Made by a program: the position numbers and the translations under genes
NCBI RefSeq assembly: GCF_963921235.1
Contig: NC_086101.1
Span: 372,001-436,000 of the forward strand
From: Mobula hypostoma
Lineage: Eukaryota
Direction of reading: 5' to 3'
DNA: 64,000 nucleotides
In this document: in pieces, positions 63,701 to 64,000 of the stretch
Layout of the letters: each line of letters begins with the position of its first letter
Numbering within the stretch: position 1 is the first letter of the stretch
The notes under the pieces: model-generated
The model's database searches: none
Seen by the model: the letters and a program-made list of their open reading frames with translations, nothing else
Told to the model about the DNA's origin: nothing

Positions 63701-64000
63701 GCTGCTGTAGTTTCTATCATGGAGAAGGTAGAAATGTCGTGTAGGTTCCCGGGGTTTATTCAGGAATAGGAGGTTTTAGGGTTTAACTCAAAAGATGCTT
63801 TATGGTAGCAAACAAAGAGAGTTTACGTGTTTAAGAAGGTATACCATGTGGGAGATATACCTTTTCCAATGTAAGAATCTAGGCAAGTAAGTCAGCTGAA
63901 CTCAGAGCATGGATTTGTCCATAGGTCTGAGATATTCATAGCAGAAACATGTTTGAGAAAGGGGCTAACTGTCATCTCAGTGTTCCAGGGCATAGAATTC

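Overview
Eukaryotic vertebrate genomic DNA. The repeat families and gene types suggest a cartilaginous fish, probably a ray (inference, not verified). Two intact spliced genes were reconstructed by hand on the minus strand. The first is a six-exon RING/B-box/coiled-coil/PRY-SPRY TRIM gene (CDS 19046 to 1088, 478 aa, 14-kb last intron, IRF+ETS motifs just upstream of the ATG). The second is a two-exon class A orphan GPCR of the GPR139/GPR142-like type (50055 to 41603, 322 aa). Much of the remainder is retroelements, often nested: several CR1 LINE families, Rex1/Babar-type LINEs, an L1/Tx1 fragment, and a Penelope element with inverted terminal repeats, a target-site duplication and hammerhead-ribozyme motifs. 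There are also kilobase-scale polypurine/polypyrimidine tracts. The most unusual item is a decayed ~1.6-2 kb viral envelope-like gene at ~36.7-38.75 kb. It has an early furin site and a ~438-aa post-cleavage subunit, the layout of an F-type (paramyxovirus-F/lokiretrovirus/errantivirus-like) fusion protein rather than a classic retroviral SU/TM Env, and no gag/pol is recognisable in the window. Repeat boundaries are approximate; exon boundaries were checked base by base.
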